From the NCBI GenBank assembly GCA_951406725.2, contig OX597832.1:67580001-67644000 (forward strand): a stretch of 64,000 nt of DNA. The letters run 5' to 3'. Positions 1-12,598 of this stretch are shown here, piece by piece; within the stretch, counting starts at the first letter, position 1, and every line of letters starts with the position of its first letter. The DNA is from Octopus vulgaris. Taxonomy: Eukaryota. The notes under the pieces are model-generated. The model had not been told where the DNA came from. It ran no database searches and saw only the letters and a program-made list of their open reading frames with translations. The translations under genes and the position numbers were made by a program.

Positions 1-150
1 TATGATACTCCCCCACTACTTCTGCTCGTGATCAGAGATGCACATATCGTCAGCCACTAAGGGACATGCTCAACTGGTTAAGGTCAAACAACTGACAAGC
101 AAATCTGTGGTATTGAGCAGAATATTTGCTGTAGCCCATCTTTTATACCA
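1..150 (-). mobile_element. Fragment of an interspersed repeat (second copy at 565-712); probably the 3' region of a non-LTR retrotransposon
   Basis: 1-150 is near-identical to 565-712 (tatgat.ctcccccactacttctgctcgtgatcagagatgcacatatc...). It abuts the (TTA)n tract. Confidence 0.55.
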
Positions 151-153
151 ACA

Positions 154-154
<1 letters not shown>

Positions 155-228
<74 letters not shown>

Positions 229-238
229 CATTATTATT
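155..238. repeat. (TTA)n microsatellite
   Basis: Seen directly. Confidence 0.95.
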
Positions 239-740
239 GATTAAGAGAGAGCAGTGCATGCCATCAAAGTGACACTGGGGTAAAATATATGAAGCCCAGT
301 ATACTCATCGTGAATACCCGTCTGATTAGAGTACACCAGGCACATGCATCACAACCATATGTGCGCAATATGGTGATCTCATATGAAGATAAACAGTGCA
401 TGACCTTGCAGGTGGGGGCCCAGTTAGAATTTTCTTCTGGTTGAGTAAGCCCATCCTGCTCAAAAGATCCCTGAATAAGGGTTGTTTAAGGATGTTGAAC
501 GAACCACCCATGCTTCTAGAGGTGAATTATCCAAACCCCAAAGAATCCCTCTCAACACACAGCTATGATGCTCCCCCACTACTTCTGCTCGTGATCAGAG
601 ATGCACATATCGTCAGCCACTTAGGGACATGCTCAACTGGTTAAGGTCACAGAACTGACAAGCAAATCTGTGGAATTGAGCAGAATATTTGCTGTAGGCC
701 ATCTTTTATTCCAAGACAAAACAATGTCCATGATAACATG
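239..740 (-). mobile_element. 5'-truncated non-LTR retrotransposon 3' end with (TAA)n tail
   Basis: The minus strand ends ...ctctctcttaatc(aat)n. It carries a possible C-terminal remnant VIMDIVLSWNKRWPTANILL and shares ~150 bp with 1-150. Confidence 0.5.
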
Positions 741-741
741 A

Positions 742-1010
742 CTTAGTGGTTAGGGTGTTGTACTCATGAATGCGAGATCATGGGTTCGATTCCCAGACCG
801 GGCGTTGTGTTGCGTTCTTGAGCAAAGCACTTCATTTCACGCTGCTCTGTAATCATTTCGTCAATTGACATGTGGCACCCAGTTGCACCTGTACAGGTAA
901 TGTCAATTTGATGGAAGGAGTGAGTTTATCTCTACACAAACATTTGATCAGTATAAACAAATCATCTATGTGGTTGTTCAGTAAGAAATTGTTGCGCCCT
1001 CATACGTTGT
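742..1010 (+). mobile_element. tRNA-derived SINE (CORE-like central domain)
   Basis: A-box-like cttagtggttag, B-box ggttcgattccc, then cttgagcaaagcacttcatttcac. Confidence 0.75.
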
Positions 1011-1099
1011 TTAACGAGAGTCCTTCATATAAATATATATATATATATATATACACATACATACACACATACACATACACAGAGAAGAAATGTGCAAGT

Positions 1100-1506
1100 G
1101 TACAGAGTGAGACTAAAGGAGTGCTGAGTGGGGATAGAGGAGTGCTGAGTGAAGTTAAAAGAGTGCTGAGTGAAGCTAGAGGAGTGCTGAGCGAAGGTGG
1201 AGGATAGTTGAGCGAGGCTGGAAGATAGTTGAGCGAGGCTGGAGGAGGATTGAGTGACGCAAGAGGAGAGTTGAATAGGTGTGCAGGACTACAGAATGGC
1301 TGAGTGAGGCAAGAAAAGTTTTTGAGTAAAGCTAGAGAATAGGTGTGCAGAGTGGGGCCAGAGATGAGAAGAGATGACCAGATATGAGTGAAAGTTGAGA
1401 AGAGGTGTGCAAGAGTAAAGAGTGATGCTGAAGAGGCATATGAAACTAAGAAAACATGAGTGAAACTAGGAGTGTTGAGTGAAGCTAGAGGAGTGCTGAG
1501 TGACAC
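1100..1506. repeat. 21-bp minisatellite (consensus gtgctgagtgaagctagagga)
   Basis: About 19 diverged 21-bp units. They give heptad-repeat translations VLSEARG (+) and SLSTPLA (-). Confidence 0.85.
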
Positions 1507-1510
1507 GAAA

Positions 1511-1562
<52 letters not shown>

Positions 1563-1599
1563 CTTTTTTGTGACAAATAAATGAAATCATTACCATTAT

Positions 1600-2340
1600 T
1601 ATTATAAATTATGTTCCTTTATCACAGGGTTTTGTTGGTGCTCCTGAAGTTTTTCATGCGTAGCGGGCTTCCTTCCTTTTCAGCTATCTCATACTTTCCT
1701 GATTATTCTGGCCGTGCCAAGGAGGCAAACCTTTTGTAACAGTTCTACTGGATACTTTATTCCAATTTCCTTTCTATACCTCTTGATGGCTTCTGATACT
1801 ATTCCCAATGACTCACCCATCATTGGCACCGTCTTCATCTTTTTTATTTTCCATAGCCGGGCTATTTCGTACTTAAGAGGGTTGTATCTGTCTAGTTTCA
1901 CGTCTTCCTTCTTAACTATTCGTGGGTCAAAGGAGCTTGCAGCATCAGCTATATAGCACACGTGGTGCATTTGTTCACCACCGCTAAGTTCGTTCTGTTA
2001 TGCTCTAGCACCTGATCCGCTTGGATTTGGAAATCCGAGATTTTGCTAGTCCCCGACTATGCAACTTCCTGTGGTTTGTACTCATACCACGCCTTGCTTC
2101 TCTCTAGCCCCCACTTTTCGCACAGTTTCCAAGGTAGCACTTTCGCTGCCTGATCGTGTCGACATAACTTGTAGTGTTGCTGGGCATGTTTAGGGCATTC
2201 GATCGTGATATGGACAATGGTTTCATCCCCTCTATTGCAGATGCGGCACAGCGGAGACACTATCCCATTCCTTAAGTTGACCCTCCACAGTTCGTGGCTA
2301 GAGCTTAGTCCTGCGCTGCTAGTATAATGGTCTCGGTCTT
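1600..2340 (-). mobile_element. R4/Dong-like RLE non-LTR retrotransposon, C-terminal fragment (pseudogenised)
   Basis: CCHC knuckle CRICNRGDETIVHITIEC, then RHD, W.LC, and the C-terminal ...ELLQKVCLLGTARIIRKV. The 3' end points to (TAA)n at 1515-1558. Confidence 0.85.
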
Positions 2341-2399
2341 TTTATTAGTATTATTATTATCAGTGTTGTTGTTGTTGTTGTTGTTTACATTCAATTTGC

Positions 2400-3055
2400 A
2401 TGTTTGTTACAATCATTTGCCGAGACTCACCCAACGTCCTAGCGCGAGTGAAGGATAAAAGATGTTATAGTATGAAAGAAATCTTGAAGAGGGGTAGTGG
2501 CAAGGGCAGTAGTGAAATATCTTCATGCTATACAATACACATTTAAATTGATAGGGTTTTTGTAAGGATGTGGGCAGTAATTATCTGAGCAATCTTTTGG
2601 ATAACTCTGAGACGTGGTTCACCTGCGATATTATCTAGATGGTTTTGATATCCCTTTCTCATCATACTTAAGAAACCCAGAATAACAGGAACAGTTCTCG
2701 CGTTAATGGCTTCGATAGGATGTGCTCAGTTTTTAATATGAGTCTTGATCTCTTTTAATTCCCTTTCCTATTTTTCCTTCATAGTAGCATGGTGTATACA
2801 ATCTCCTTTTTTATCCCCGGGTATTTTTGGTTTTCTTGTGGGTCAAGTTCCTCGATGTTAGTGTTGGTGTCTAATTTGATGGAAGTTGTACGTTTGGGTT
2901 TGCCTCTTACAAAAATTGCTTTAGCACACCAACAAGGCCAAAATCCAACCCGATGTCATTGCTGAACTCTTTAACAGTTGTTAACAGCCCTTGTAGAAAT
3001 TCGTCGTTTCTAGCAAACAGTTTCAGGTTGTCCATATAAAACAGATGTCTTACTA
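2400..3055 (-). mobile_element. R4/Dong-like reverse transcriptase fragment (decayed)
   Basis: Minus-strand translation HLFYMDNLKLFARNDEFLQGLLTTVKEFSNDIGLDFG...CAK, matching the YMDD region. Confidence 0.75.
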
Positions 3056-3333
3056 TATTATACACTAGCCATTAAACCGCCACTACGTTGCTGTCCGTCG
3101 TTAAGAAATGGCAGCCATGGTGACTCTACTATCCTCAGATTCTATCCCTTCAAACTTTTGTTTCCAAATTTTTTTTTTATTCACCTCGCAAGTTCATTTG
3201 TCCCTTTTAAATGTTACTGTTTTGCTGCCTGCCTTGAAGCAGACCTTTCCGTTGTCACTGCCTGATATTTATGATTGATCTTTCAAAATATTTTATTTCT
3301 CAACTTACTCAAGCTCTTTTGTTGTTTATAAAT

Positions 3334-3372
<39 letters not shown>

Positions 3373-5765
3373 AGATAGAGAGTAAGAGAAAGCAAGGGAG
3401 AGTCCCAGTGGAATGAAGAGTAAGAGAGTGGGAAAGTGAGAGAGAAAGGAGAGAGAAACACAGAAGGAGAATGTGGTGATAAAAACAGAAAGTAACAACC
3501 ACATTCTTACCCGCACATAGAGCGGGTTACCTAAAGGTAGTATATTATAAAACAGTTTGACATTAACCTGATGGGATACTTCAGTAGAAATTTATTATTC
3601 AAACCGACAATGGCTTAACTTCCAAGTGAGTGTCAATAGTATTCCTGAATAACACACACACATATCAAGAGAGAGGCGGGGAAATACATAGATATTTATA
3701 TACAGGTAGACGGAAAGACAGATAAACCAATATATAGACACACAAACGGACATAGAGTCAGGCAGAGAGGCAGACAGGTATTTATACAACTAAATCATAT
3801 GCACTGTTTTGCCATTCAGTGCTACTAATCGATTGTTGGAAACTTCTATTTGCACCAAACTCCTAGTAGTTGCCTTGAGAGTGCACAGATATTCCCCTTC
3901 TGCAGGGGTTACACTTTGACACTGCATATGTGTTAAATGTACTAACAATATAACTGACTTGTTTCAACACATGTAAACGAAGTGGAAGTCTTCTGTTGCT
4001 GGCTACAGGACTCGACGTGTCATACCATTAACAACCCACCCCCACTTACCTTTACAAATGATACAGTATCTAATCAAATCAAAGTGTTCATTCATTGCTT
4101 TTGATTCATACATAACTCTTGCATTGTTAAACAGAATTATGTTAAAACGCAGACAATTTAGCCATAATAGAAACTATCAAGGCATTCTATATATCAATAA
4201 ATCATGTTAAATATTTAATTTATTGCTCTATTATCGGTTTGCTTCAATAATACGCCGTGTCTAAAGTTGAATTTATCTATGGAATGCTTCACCATTCCGA
4301 GAGCTTGTCCTCAGTTATATGGCAAAATATATTTGCATAATGCCATGCAAATTGAAACGCCATTTACACATTGAATACCTGCAATAAAAATTAATCCGTA
4401 CACAGAATTAATGAAGTTTCATATAATAAGTCGGACATAACAAAGCATGCTTAACTTTAATTATCACTCTTCGATTTGGAGATCGATTCACTGTGTGGTT
4501 TTGTGATTTCGGTTTTGTTTTTGCCTTCAGTAATCTATTTAGAGTAGGAGGGCGTGAACACGTGGTCCTTTCACACTTTTCTGATCAATTAAATTAACAG
4601 AGGAAGTCTTAACAGAAAGAATACCTGAAATAAAGTTAGATTATTTCAAGGGTATGTATAGACCTGTTGTTTTAGTCGTGTTACGGATTAATTATGCGAT
4701 CTAAAACAAGAACGGTCGTCCCTTTACTCAGCATACCCTACAAGCTTTCAGTAACAGAGTTTCCCTTGAACTCTACAGTATTCTGTAAATGCCTTTCCCA
4801 TGACGGCCACTAGTTGAATGAACCTGTAGCCATATGTCTTCGTAGCAAATTCCCAAACTAAACAGGTATCTTTGAGTGAAGGAAAATCAGAATCAACCCG
4901 GGGTTAAACAGTAACATCCAGCCAACCTTTGATCACACCGTAATACAAAGTTGTTTTTGTTGTTCAGACAATGAAACATATTCGACCACATCTATGATCA
5001 GATATCAGCCACGAATTGATTTAATTAATTATTCAACATATGCTTATATTTTAAAAATATAATATGTATTTGGAGGGAGATTTTGCTACATATTTGGCAA
5101 AGCTGGTGACTTTGCAGAGTTCCCTTTATAAAAATGTGGAATAGGCCCCAGAGTGACTATTGCACATTTTAAACACATCACTCAAACACACACACACACA
5201 CACACACACATACACATACATACACACACATACGCACATACACACACACGTATATACAGAACACTCACTCTTTTCTTTCTCTCTCTCTCTCTCTCTTTCA
5301 CTCACACACAACAGCAACAAAACATATATACACACGCACCTAGCGTAATGTCGATGAAACGACAGATTCCAATAATCCAGTGACTGAGAGATTCAGTAAT
5401 TCAATAAACCATATATTGTCCCAAGAGATTAATCGCGGATATAATTTTTGAGCCGATGAAATTGAAAATCCATCTTACGTGATCAAATCGTTTGTAATTA
5501 ATTTTATATTGTTTTTATTTAATCCACCGTAATCATCGGAGTTAGTAAAAAGATCTGAATAACCACGGAATAAGTTATCTATTTTGACCAAATAAAGAAG
5601 GTCTCTTCTGCATTCAGTTTTTCAGCAAATCTTTAATATTTTCAAATTCATAATGTATATTGAAGGCGAATGTGATGATTGTCATGAGACATTTTCCAAA
5701 ATTTCAAACACCATTCAGTGTTCATCAAGTAAAAAGTAAAATAATGACACCAATCTATAATTCTC

Positions 5766-5804
5766 GATGCTGATGAAGTCTGATATGACTCAAATATGTC
5801 CATA
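5766..5804 (+). ncRNA. Decayed minimal type-I hammerhead-like motif
   Basis: atg-CTGATGA-agtc/gact stem II-CAAA (for GAAA)-tatGTC-cat. Confidence 0.5.
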
Positions 5805-6097
5805 GTTGTCTCCCCTTACAGCAAAACATCAGTTTCTATGTACAGTTGCATTCCGTATTTAATAGAGCTTTAGTTAATTAATATTTTAAGGGCCCTCTCT
5901 ATTGTATTGGAAAAGAAATTAGCGATTCATATTATTTACTCATCACTAAGTGAATATTTTTCATTAAAACCGATTCGCTAACTATATCAACAATTTTGAG
6001 TTTATGTTTCGCTCGGTCTCTTAAGACACTACTTCACCGCCAAGAATAGGCCTTGACTCCGCAAGAACAGCTGTGTGCTGCTCGTGAAGCATTGGTA

Positions 6098-7388
6098 CGA
6101 GGGGCGTTCAATAAGTAATGCCTCTGACCCACTTGCAGTTGTTTGATCGAACTGCAATTTGGCATGTGCAATTATTTATATCTCTATAGATTAAGTGGCA
6201 AATTACAGCTCTGAATTAGTGGTGGTTTCCGATTTACAGGTGTTTGAACCGAGTCAAGTGTGAAATGGAGCCTGTTGAGTGTCGAGCAGTGATCCGGTTT
6301 TTGTATTTGAAAGTACGCACACCACGAGAGACTTTTGATGAAATGATTGTAACTTATGGTGATGATACCCCATCATATGACCTTGTAAAACGCTGGCATC
6401 GTGAATTCAAACATGGTCGGAACTCTGTGGAAACAGCTCCCAGATCTGGTCGCCCCCTTCTGCCATTGATGAGGCATCTGTCTGTCAAGTTGAGGCTGCC
6501 ATTTTGGAAGATCGACGCATAACTATTCGCCAAATAGCCCATGAGGTCAAGATTAGTACCGGGTCTGTGGAAACTATCATTCATGACCATTTGCATATGC
6601 AAAAGGTGTCTGCCAGATGGATTCCCAGGTTGCTCACACCTTTCCAGAAGCAAGAACGCGTCGATTGCTCGAGGATGAATTTAGAGATGTGCCAAGAAGA
6701 TGAGTCAAAATTTTGCAAAAGACTGATTGCATAGGATAAAACCTGGGTCCATCACTATGATCCAGAGACCAAAGCCCAGTCAATGCAGTGGAAGCACCGT
6801 GACTCACCTCCTCCAAAGAAGGCAAGGGTGCAGCCCTCCGCTGGCAAGGTCATGCTTACAGTCTTCTGGGACCTGAACGGAGTAGTGAAGACAGATTTCC
6901 TGGCAAAGAGTGCCACAATTACAGGAGTCTATTATGCTTCACTTTTGAGGAAATTAAGAGAAGCTATCAAAATCATGAGGCGGGGCAAGATCAGCAAAGG
7001 CATCCTCCTCCTGCAGGACAACGCTCCGATCCACAACTCGCATGTCGCCAGATCAGAAGCACAGGCGTGCGGCTATGAACTCCTCCCCCATCCCCCTACT
7101 CTCCTGACCTTGCACCCTCTGATTTTCACCTCTTCCCAGCCATGATGTTGCTTTTGAAAGGAAAGCGTTTCCCAGATGATGCAGCCTTGATTTCTGAAGT
7201 CACGTCGTGGTTGGAGGACCAAGCTGGGGTCTTCTACAAAAACGGTCTTCAGAGCTGCATCAAACGAATGGAGAAATGCGTAACTCTGGGTGGTTCCTAT
7301 ATAGAAAAAGACTAATAACTGTTCCAAGTTTCGCTGCTCTACTGCTATGGGAAGTGGGTCAGGGGCATTACTTATTGAACGCCCCTCG
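6098..7388 (+). mobile_element. Full-length mariner transposon (irritans-like), 1291 bp
   Basis: TIRs cgaggggcgttcaataagtaatgcc / ggcattacttattgaacgcccctcg. TA duplication at 6096-97 and 7389-90. Confidence 0.95.
6265..7315 (+). pseudogene. Mariner DD34D transposase, frameshifted and with a stop
   Basis: HTH region, WIPRLL, D(K)TW after a TAG at 6732, QDNA and SPDLAPSDF, spread over several reading frames. Confidence 0.92.
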
Positions 7389-7572
7389 TACCTAGACATA
7401 AGGCTGTGATTCGAAATAGAGGTGGTCATATCGAATAAATTTGGTAGAGTCATAATTATGTTTCCTTTACCATTGCATTACAATGCTCGGATCCGAAATA
7501 TAACAATATTTAGCTTTGTATTATTGAAAAAAGTTGGTTGACTTAATTTTAGGACACCCTATATTTTATATT

Positions 7573-7614
<42 letters not shown>

Positions 7615-8711
7615 AGAGAGGGAGAAAAAGAAAAATAGAATGAGAAAAAGCGAGAGAGCAGTATGTATCGTTTTGTACACTGTTCACTCTTTGTTCTCTA
7701 TGCCAGCCACTTACTGCTTGAAGATTACAAACTTTCCACACTCGGATCTCTGGATCGCATTTATATATAATATAAATACACACAAACACATATATATTAT
7801 TTGTATATATGTATATGCATATATGTATGTGTGCGTGTATGTATGTATTTATGTCTGTCTCACATAAGATGAAAATAAGGTTGAACTTCCTGCACCCCTT
7901 TTCCTAATGCTGATTACCATGATTCTTCTGGGGGTTTTGTAACCATTGCATTTATTAATGAGTGATTCTGGTTTTATATTTTTGAATTGCAGTATACGGT
8001 AGAGAAACACGCAGTAGATGAAGTCCCAGAGTAATCAACAATGATGACCACTAGTAAGAAAAATTTCAACACATAACAACTCAGTGACAGCAATAAATAG
8101 CGTAATATGTTTTTTCTCGTCCTTTAACGAAAAAAAATCTACGAAGGAAATAATGAGTTTGAAAACAAAACTTTCAAACTGGATATTGGTAGTAAAGAAA
8201 GAAAGTAAATGAAATATGTTCGACAATGATTGATGATTTGAAGATGTGAGTCGGAATTAATATGGAATGAAGAAAAATAGGTGATAGCCATGAGTAAAAG
8301 GAACTTGTGGATTTCTTAAACGAAATGAATGATGCAAGGCATATCACATCGTTACATTTATCCTGCGCTGGGTTCTTCTAAAAACTTGTATTTGCATGTG
8401 TTTATCTCTCCCTGACACTTTCGTAAATGGTTTGGTTTATTTATCTATCTACCTACACCTACATATATCCCTAGGTGAATCTGTACCAACTTTCACCTTT
8501 CCTAGCTACATGCTAAACACATCCACACACACACACACATACATACACACACACACACACACTATCTCTCTCTCTCTCTCTCTCTAACTCACACTTTCAG
8601 TTATACCCCTTTATCTCTCTCCACACGCACACACACACACAAACACACGCGCACATGATATTTCCATGTGTAAGCGGATATCTGAATCAAGGCTATAATA
8701 GGTATACAGAA

Positions 8712-8776
8712 CTTTACCGCACCTGATAAGTTCCGGATACACACATTTCTATACGCAAGAAACCCTTGCGGTAAAG
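8712..8776 (+). ncRNA. Decayed hammerhead-like motif with 10-bp stem I
   Basis: ctttaccgca/tgcggtaaag enclose CTGATAAG...GAAAC. Stem II is degenerate. Confidence 0.45.
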
Positions 8777-9559
8777 AGCTGAAACAACTGAGCTTAGAAA
8801 GGAATCACAAATGACAGGGCTATGTTGTAATGGTGCATCTCTCAAAATAATAAAAAAAAATTTATTTCCAAATTGGACTTGATGGATTTGAAACTAGCTT
8901 TCAGTAAGTATGTTATCTCTAACTTGACTGCATCTACACACATGGAATGTTTCATAATGGTAGGATGCCGAGTAAATACAAGTAACTAGCAATGCAATGA
9001 GGGTGGACGGGTACACATAATGTTGTGAATTACAACTAATATTACAAAAGATATTTAGACATCGTTTTAGATACCTGGCACATCGAAAATATTAAATGCC
9101 ATGTTGTCGAAAACATAGCAATAAAGTTTGCTTTTCATAAGGTTTCACTAAGAAAATTCACTTTCGACTTCATTTCAGGTAATAAGACCGCAAGATGGCA
9201 GATTCTTTAACATTTCAGGAAATATTCTTAGCTGCATTACGTCCGTCTTTACGTATGTATGTATGTATGTATGTATGTATGTATGTATGTATGTATGTAT
9301 GTATGTATGTATGTATGTATGTATGTGTGTGTGTGTGTGTATGTGTATGCACATTCAGCAGTAATAATCATGGCCTCATTGCTGTTTGAATTTTGTCAGT
9401 TACAGCTTCATACACATATAAAGAATTTACAAATACTTTTGAACCCGACACTGTTTGATCAACAGTGAAATCATTTTGTCATATCTGATTCGACAAGGAG
9501 ATTTGAGACGAAACGATAAATTATGTTGGAGCTTCTTTCACTATAAATACGATATAATT

Positions 9560-9905
9560 TTATTTATATCATTTGCCTTAGTCGTTGTTAATGGCCATTC
9601 TCGAGCACTGCTTTGGAGGATTCATTCGAATGAATCTACCCTGCTGGGTACGCTGCCTGGAATTTATTCTGTTCGGTAGGTCACTTTTATGAAACTGCTA
9701 CGTTTAAGAGACGTAAACAAACAAACCCCGACACACAGAGCGCATGAAAACCCATCCCTGTCTTCGTCTCAGCGGAATCCCACTACATTCACAAGACATT
9801 ATTTGGCTGGAGATTCTATAAGGACAAATTACTCAAGGTGGCCTACTATGAGATTGAACGAGAAACAACGTTGCTACGAAGCGGGCGTCTTCACCACACT
9901 ACACT
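9560..9905 (-). mobile_element. Decayed SINE (family B, with internal microsatellite)
   Basis: Diverged reverse complement of 32391-32770 and 53733-54098. Confidence 0.55.
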
Positions 9906-9984
9906 GCTTCGTCTCTAAGTCTTGTCATTTTTTAATAAAATTTCAATGTACAAAGATAAATAATATAACCCCCACCAGCTGATA

Positions 9985-10196
9985 AAGCGACGATCTGGCA
10001 GAAACGTTAGCACGCTTGGTAAAATGTTTAGCGGTATTTCATCTGTTTTTACGTTCCGAGTTCAAATTCCGCCGAGGTCGACTTTTTCTTTCATCTTTTC
10101 GGGGTCGATAAATTTACCATTTGCTTACTGCAGTCGATCTAATCGACTGGCCCTCTCCCCCAAAATTTCGGACCTTGTGCCGAGAGTAGAAAAGAA
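9985..10196 (+). mobile_element. tRNA-derived SINE (family A)
   Basis: ctggcagaaacgttagcac...gagttcaaattccgccgaggtcgac...ggggtcgataa. Possible decayed TSD aatataacccc..g.tgat. Confidence 0.8.
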
Positions 10197-10879
10197 TATA
10201 ACCCCAGGTGATTAGACTTAGTTTTGAATATCACCGATGCTACATTCTGTTTCAATCTTTTTGATCTCGGACAGTCATCAGAAGTGGTTTCCCTAGATAC
10301 ATACACAATGAACTGATTTCAAATGAGAATAGCACCTGTCCAAAATAGTAATTGTAACACGCACACGCCTTGCACAACTTCTCATAGCAACGTGGATGAC
10401 TGAATCACTGCTATTTGCTTAGAAAATTATCATTTTATTTTGAATCCAGGTCGGTAAGACACGTGATGACAATCCAAACAGATAGCAACGCAGTGGAAGT
10501 ATACACACACAGAGACACACTCACAAATACACACGTGCACGCACCGAAAAAAGCGTACACATTCACACACACAACGTAGCACACACACATACACATTAAT
10601 GCTTCTTCTCTAACGACGGTGATGATAGAAACATTTACCAAGCTAAATTATGAGTAGTTGTGAGAGAAGGAGATTGAGTTGGTAAAGAGTAGAAAGCCAT
10701 ATAAACGTAATTAATGCTGAGAGTTCTAATTAGTTCTCGGTTTCCTCAGCACTGTAGATGTTGGTCCAAACATCTAAGACGATGGCATTTGATTATGTAT
10801 ATCATTTGGTTAGATTTTTCAGAAATGTCTGTAGATTTACTTCTCTATGACAGGAAAACTTCAGTTTCAAATTTTGAAA

Positions 10880-11225
10880 GAATGCTGGCATTTTTTCGGG
10901 AACGAATGAGTTAATTATATCGATTCCAGTGTTCAACTGTTTGCGATTTTATCAATCCCGATTGATGAAACGCAAAGTCGACATCGGCGTAGTTTGAACT
11001 CTGAACATGAAGATTTATGGAAATGCCACTCTGTATTTTGCCCGGCGAGCTAACCATTCTGCCAACTCACCATGTTTCAAATGTTGGCACTAGTCCAGTA
11101 AGTTCGGGGAAGAGGGTTCAATTGACTGCATCGAGCCTAAAGTTCAATTATTACTTATTCTATTGACTCCAAAAGGATGAGATGCAAAGTTGACCGCGTT
11201 ATCATTTGAAATCAGATTGTAACGA
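10880..11225 (-). mobile_element. Two decayed family-A SINE fragments
   Basis: caaagtcgacatcggc..tttgaactctgaac and caaagttgaccgcg..tttgaaatcag. Confidence 0.6.
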
Positions 11226-11794
11226 CATTTCTTTGCTTCTATATTACAAATGCTTAGGCGACGTGTAAACAAGGTTGAGGTATGCCCATGTGTTAGAAAT
11301 ACCAGTCACATGTGTTTCAACCAAACGGGGAGTTCTGGACAATGGAAATAACCTACTGGACAATGAAAAATGCCCTCCCGGAAATTGGATCTGACGAACT
11401 GGACAATGGAAATGACTTACTGGTGAACAGAATTTGAGAAATTAATACAAAAAAGAAAATGTTTACCGTTTGCCATATTCTCAGTAAAAAATGAAGTACA
11501 TTAACAAAGATTGTCTCAGTAGAGTGAAAGTGAATTTCTCCAAGAATCTCCAATGTATAAACGAGTTAAAATGTAATATCGTACACGTCTAGGTGATGTA
11601 AAATTCCAATGCAGGTGCACAATCAATAAGCTATATCGGTATTATTGATATACTTTTCTTTCACTTACATTTTTAATTTTTTAAATATTTATTATTTCAG
11701 TCTATATTCTTCTATTGTTGAAATTTTCTCATTAGCAAAGGAAAAAAACCTTCATACGCATACGCAGAAACGTTTACTCACACGTATATACGTA

Positions 11795-11832
<38 letters not shown>

Positions 11833-12189
11833 CATACATATATATATATGTATATATATATATATTTATGTATGTATGTATATGTACACCGCTCTACACA
11901 GAAATATTTGTTTATGTGTGTGTATAAGCTTGTGTGCCCGTCTGTGTGTCTATCATTTGCGTTGGTGTGTGTGTGCATTTCATTACCGTAGTTGGGAAGT
12001 GTGCGAACGTCGTCATTAGGTTCTATTTTCTACTGTGTCGTTAATGAAGCTGATCACAATCTCGTGTGCAAGAATTATTGTAAAAGAAAAATGAATGATG
12101 TAATTCACAATACTATGAAGACACGTTCGTGATAATACTTACTCGTTTGTATGTATGTATATATATATACGTATGTGTGTATGTATGTA

Positions 12190-12250
<61 letters not shown>

Positions 12251-12366
12251 CTTTATTTATAATGAAAGCAATTTTATATGAATCTGATGGGTTACTCTAT
12301 ACTTTTCTAGAGTACGGATTTATTACTCTTCAACAAGATTATTATTGATGGTTTCTAAGAAATACC

Positions 12367-12598
12367 TATTTCTTTACTACCCACAAGAGGCTAAACACAG
12401 AGAGGACAAACAAGGACAGACAAACAGATTAAGTCGATTATATCGACCCCGGTGCGCAACTGGTACTTCTTTAATCGACCCCGAAATGATGAAAGGCAAA
12501 GCCGACCTCGGCGAAATTTGAACTCAGAACTTAGCGGCCGACGAAATATTGCTAAGCATTTCGCCCGGCGTGCTAACGTTTCTGCCAGCACGCCGCCT
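12367..12598 (-). mobile_element. tRNA-derived SINE (family A), well preserved
   Basis: Reverse complement of ggcggcgtgctggcagaaacgttagcacgccgggcgaaatg...ctgagttcaaatt...gggtcgat. Confidence 0.88.

Larger units (their letters stand above)
6010..7561 (+). mobile_element. Old Tc1/mariner (DD37D/maT-like) 3' remnant interrupted by a mariner insertion
   Basis: Joining across the TA gives SLKTLLHRQE*ALTPQEQLCAAREALV|PRHKAVIRNRGGHIE*. A right TIR-like ttttaggacacccta lies at 7547-7561. Confidence 0.65.

Noticed and set aside
1100-1506. CRISPR-like array
   Set aside because: Contiguous tandem units without unique spacers, in a eukaryotic context with no cas genes.
11335-11423. 25-bp direct repeat ctggacaatggaaat.ac.tactgg
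   Set aside because: Small local duplication with no further structure.
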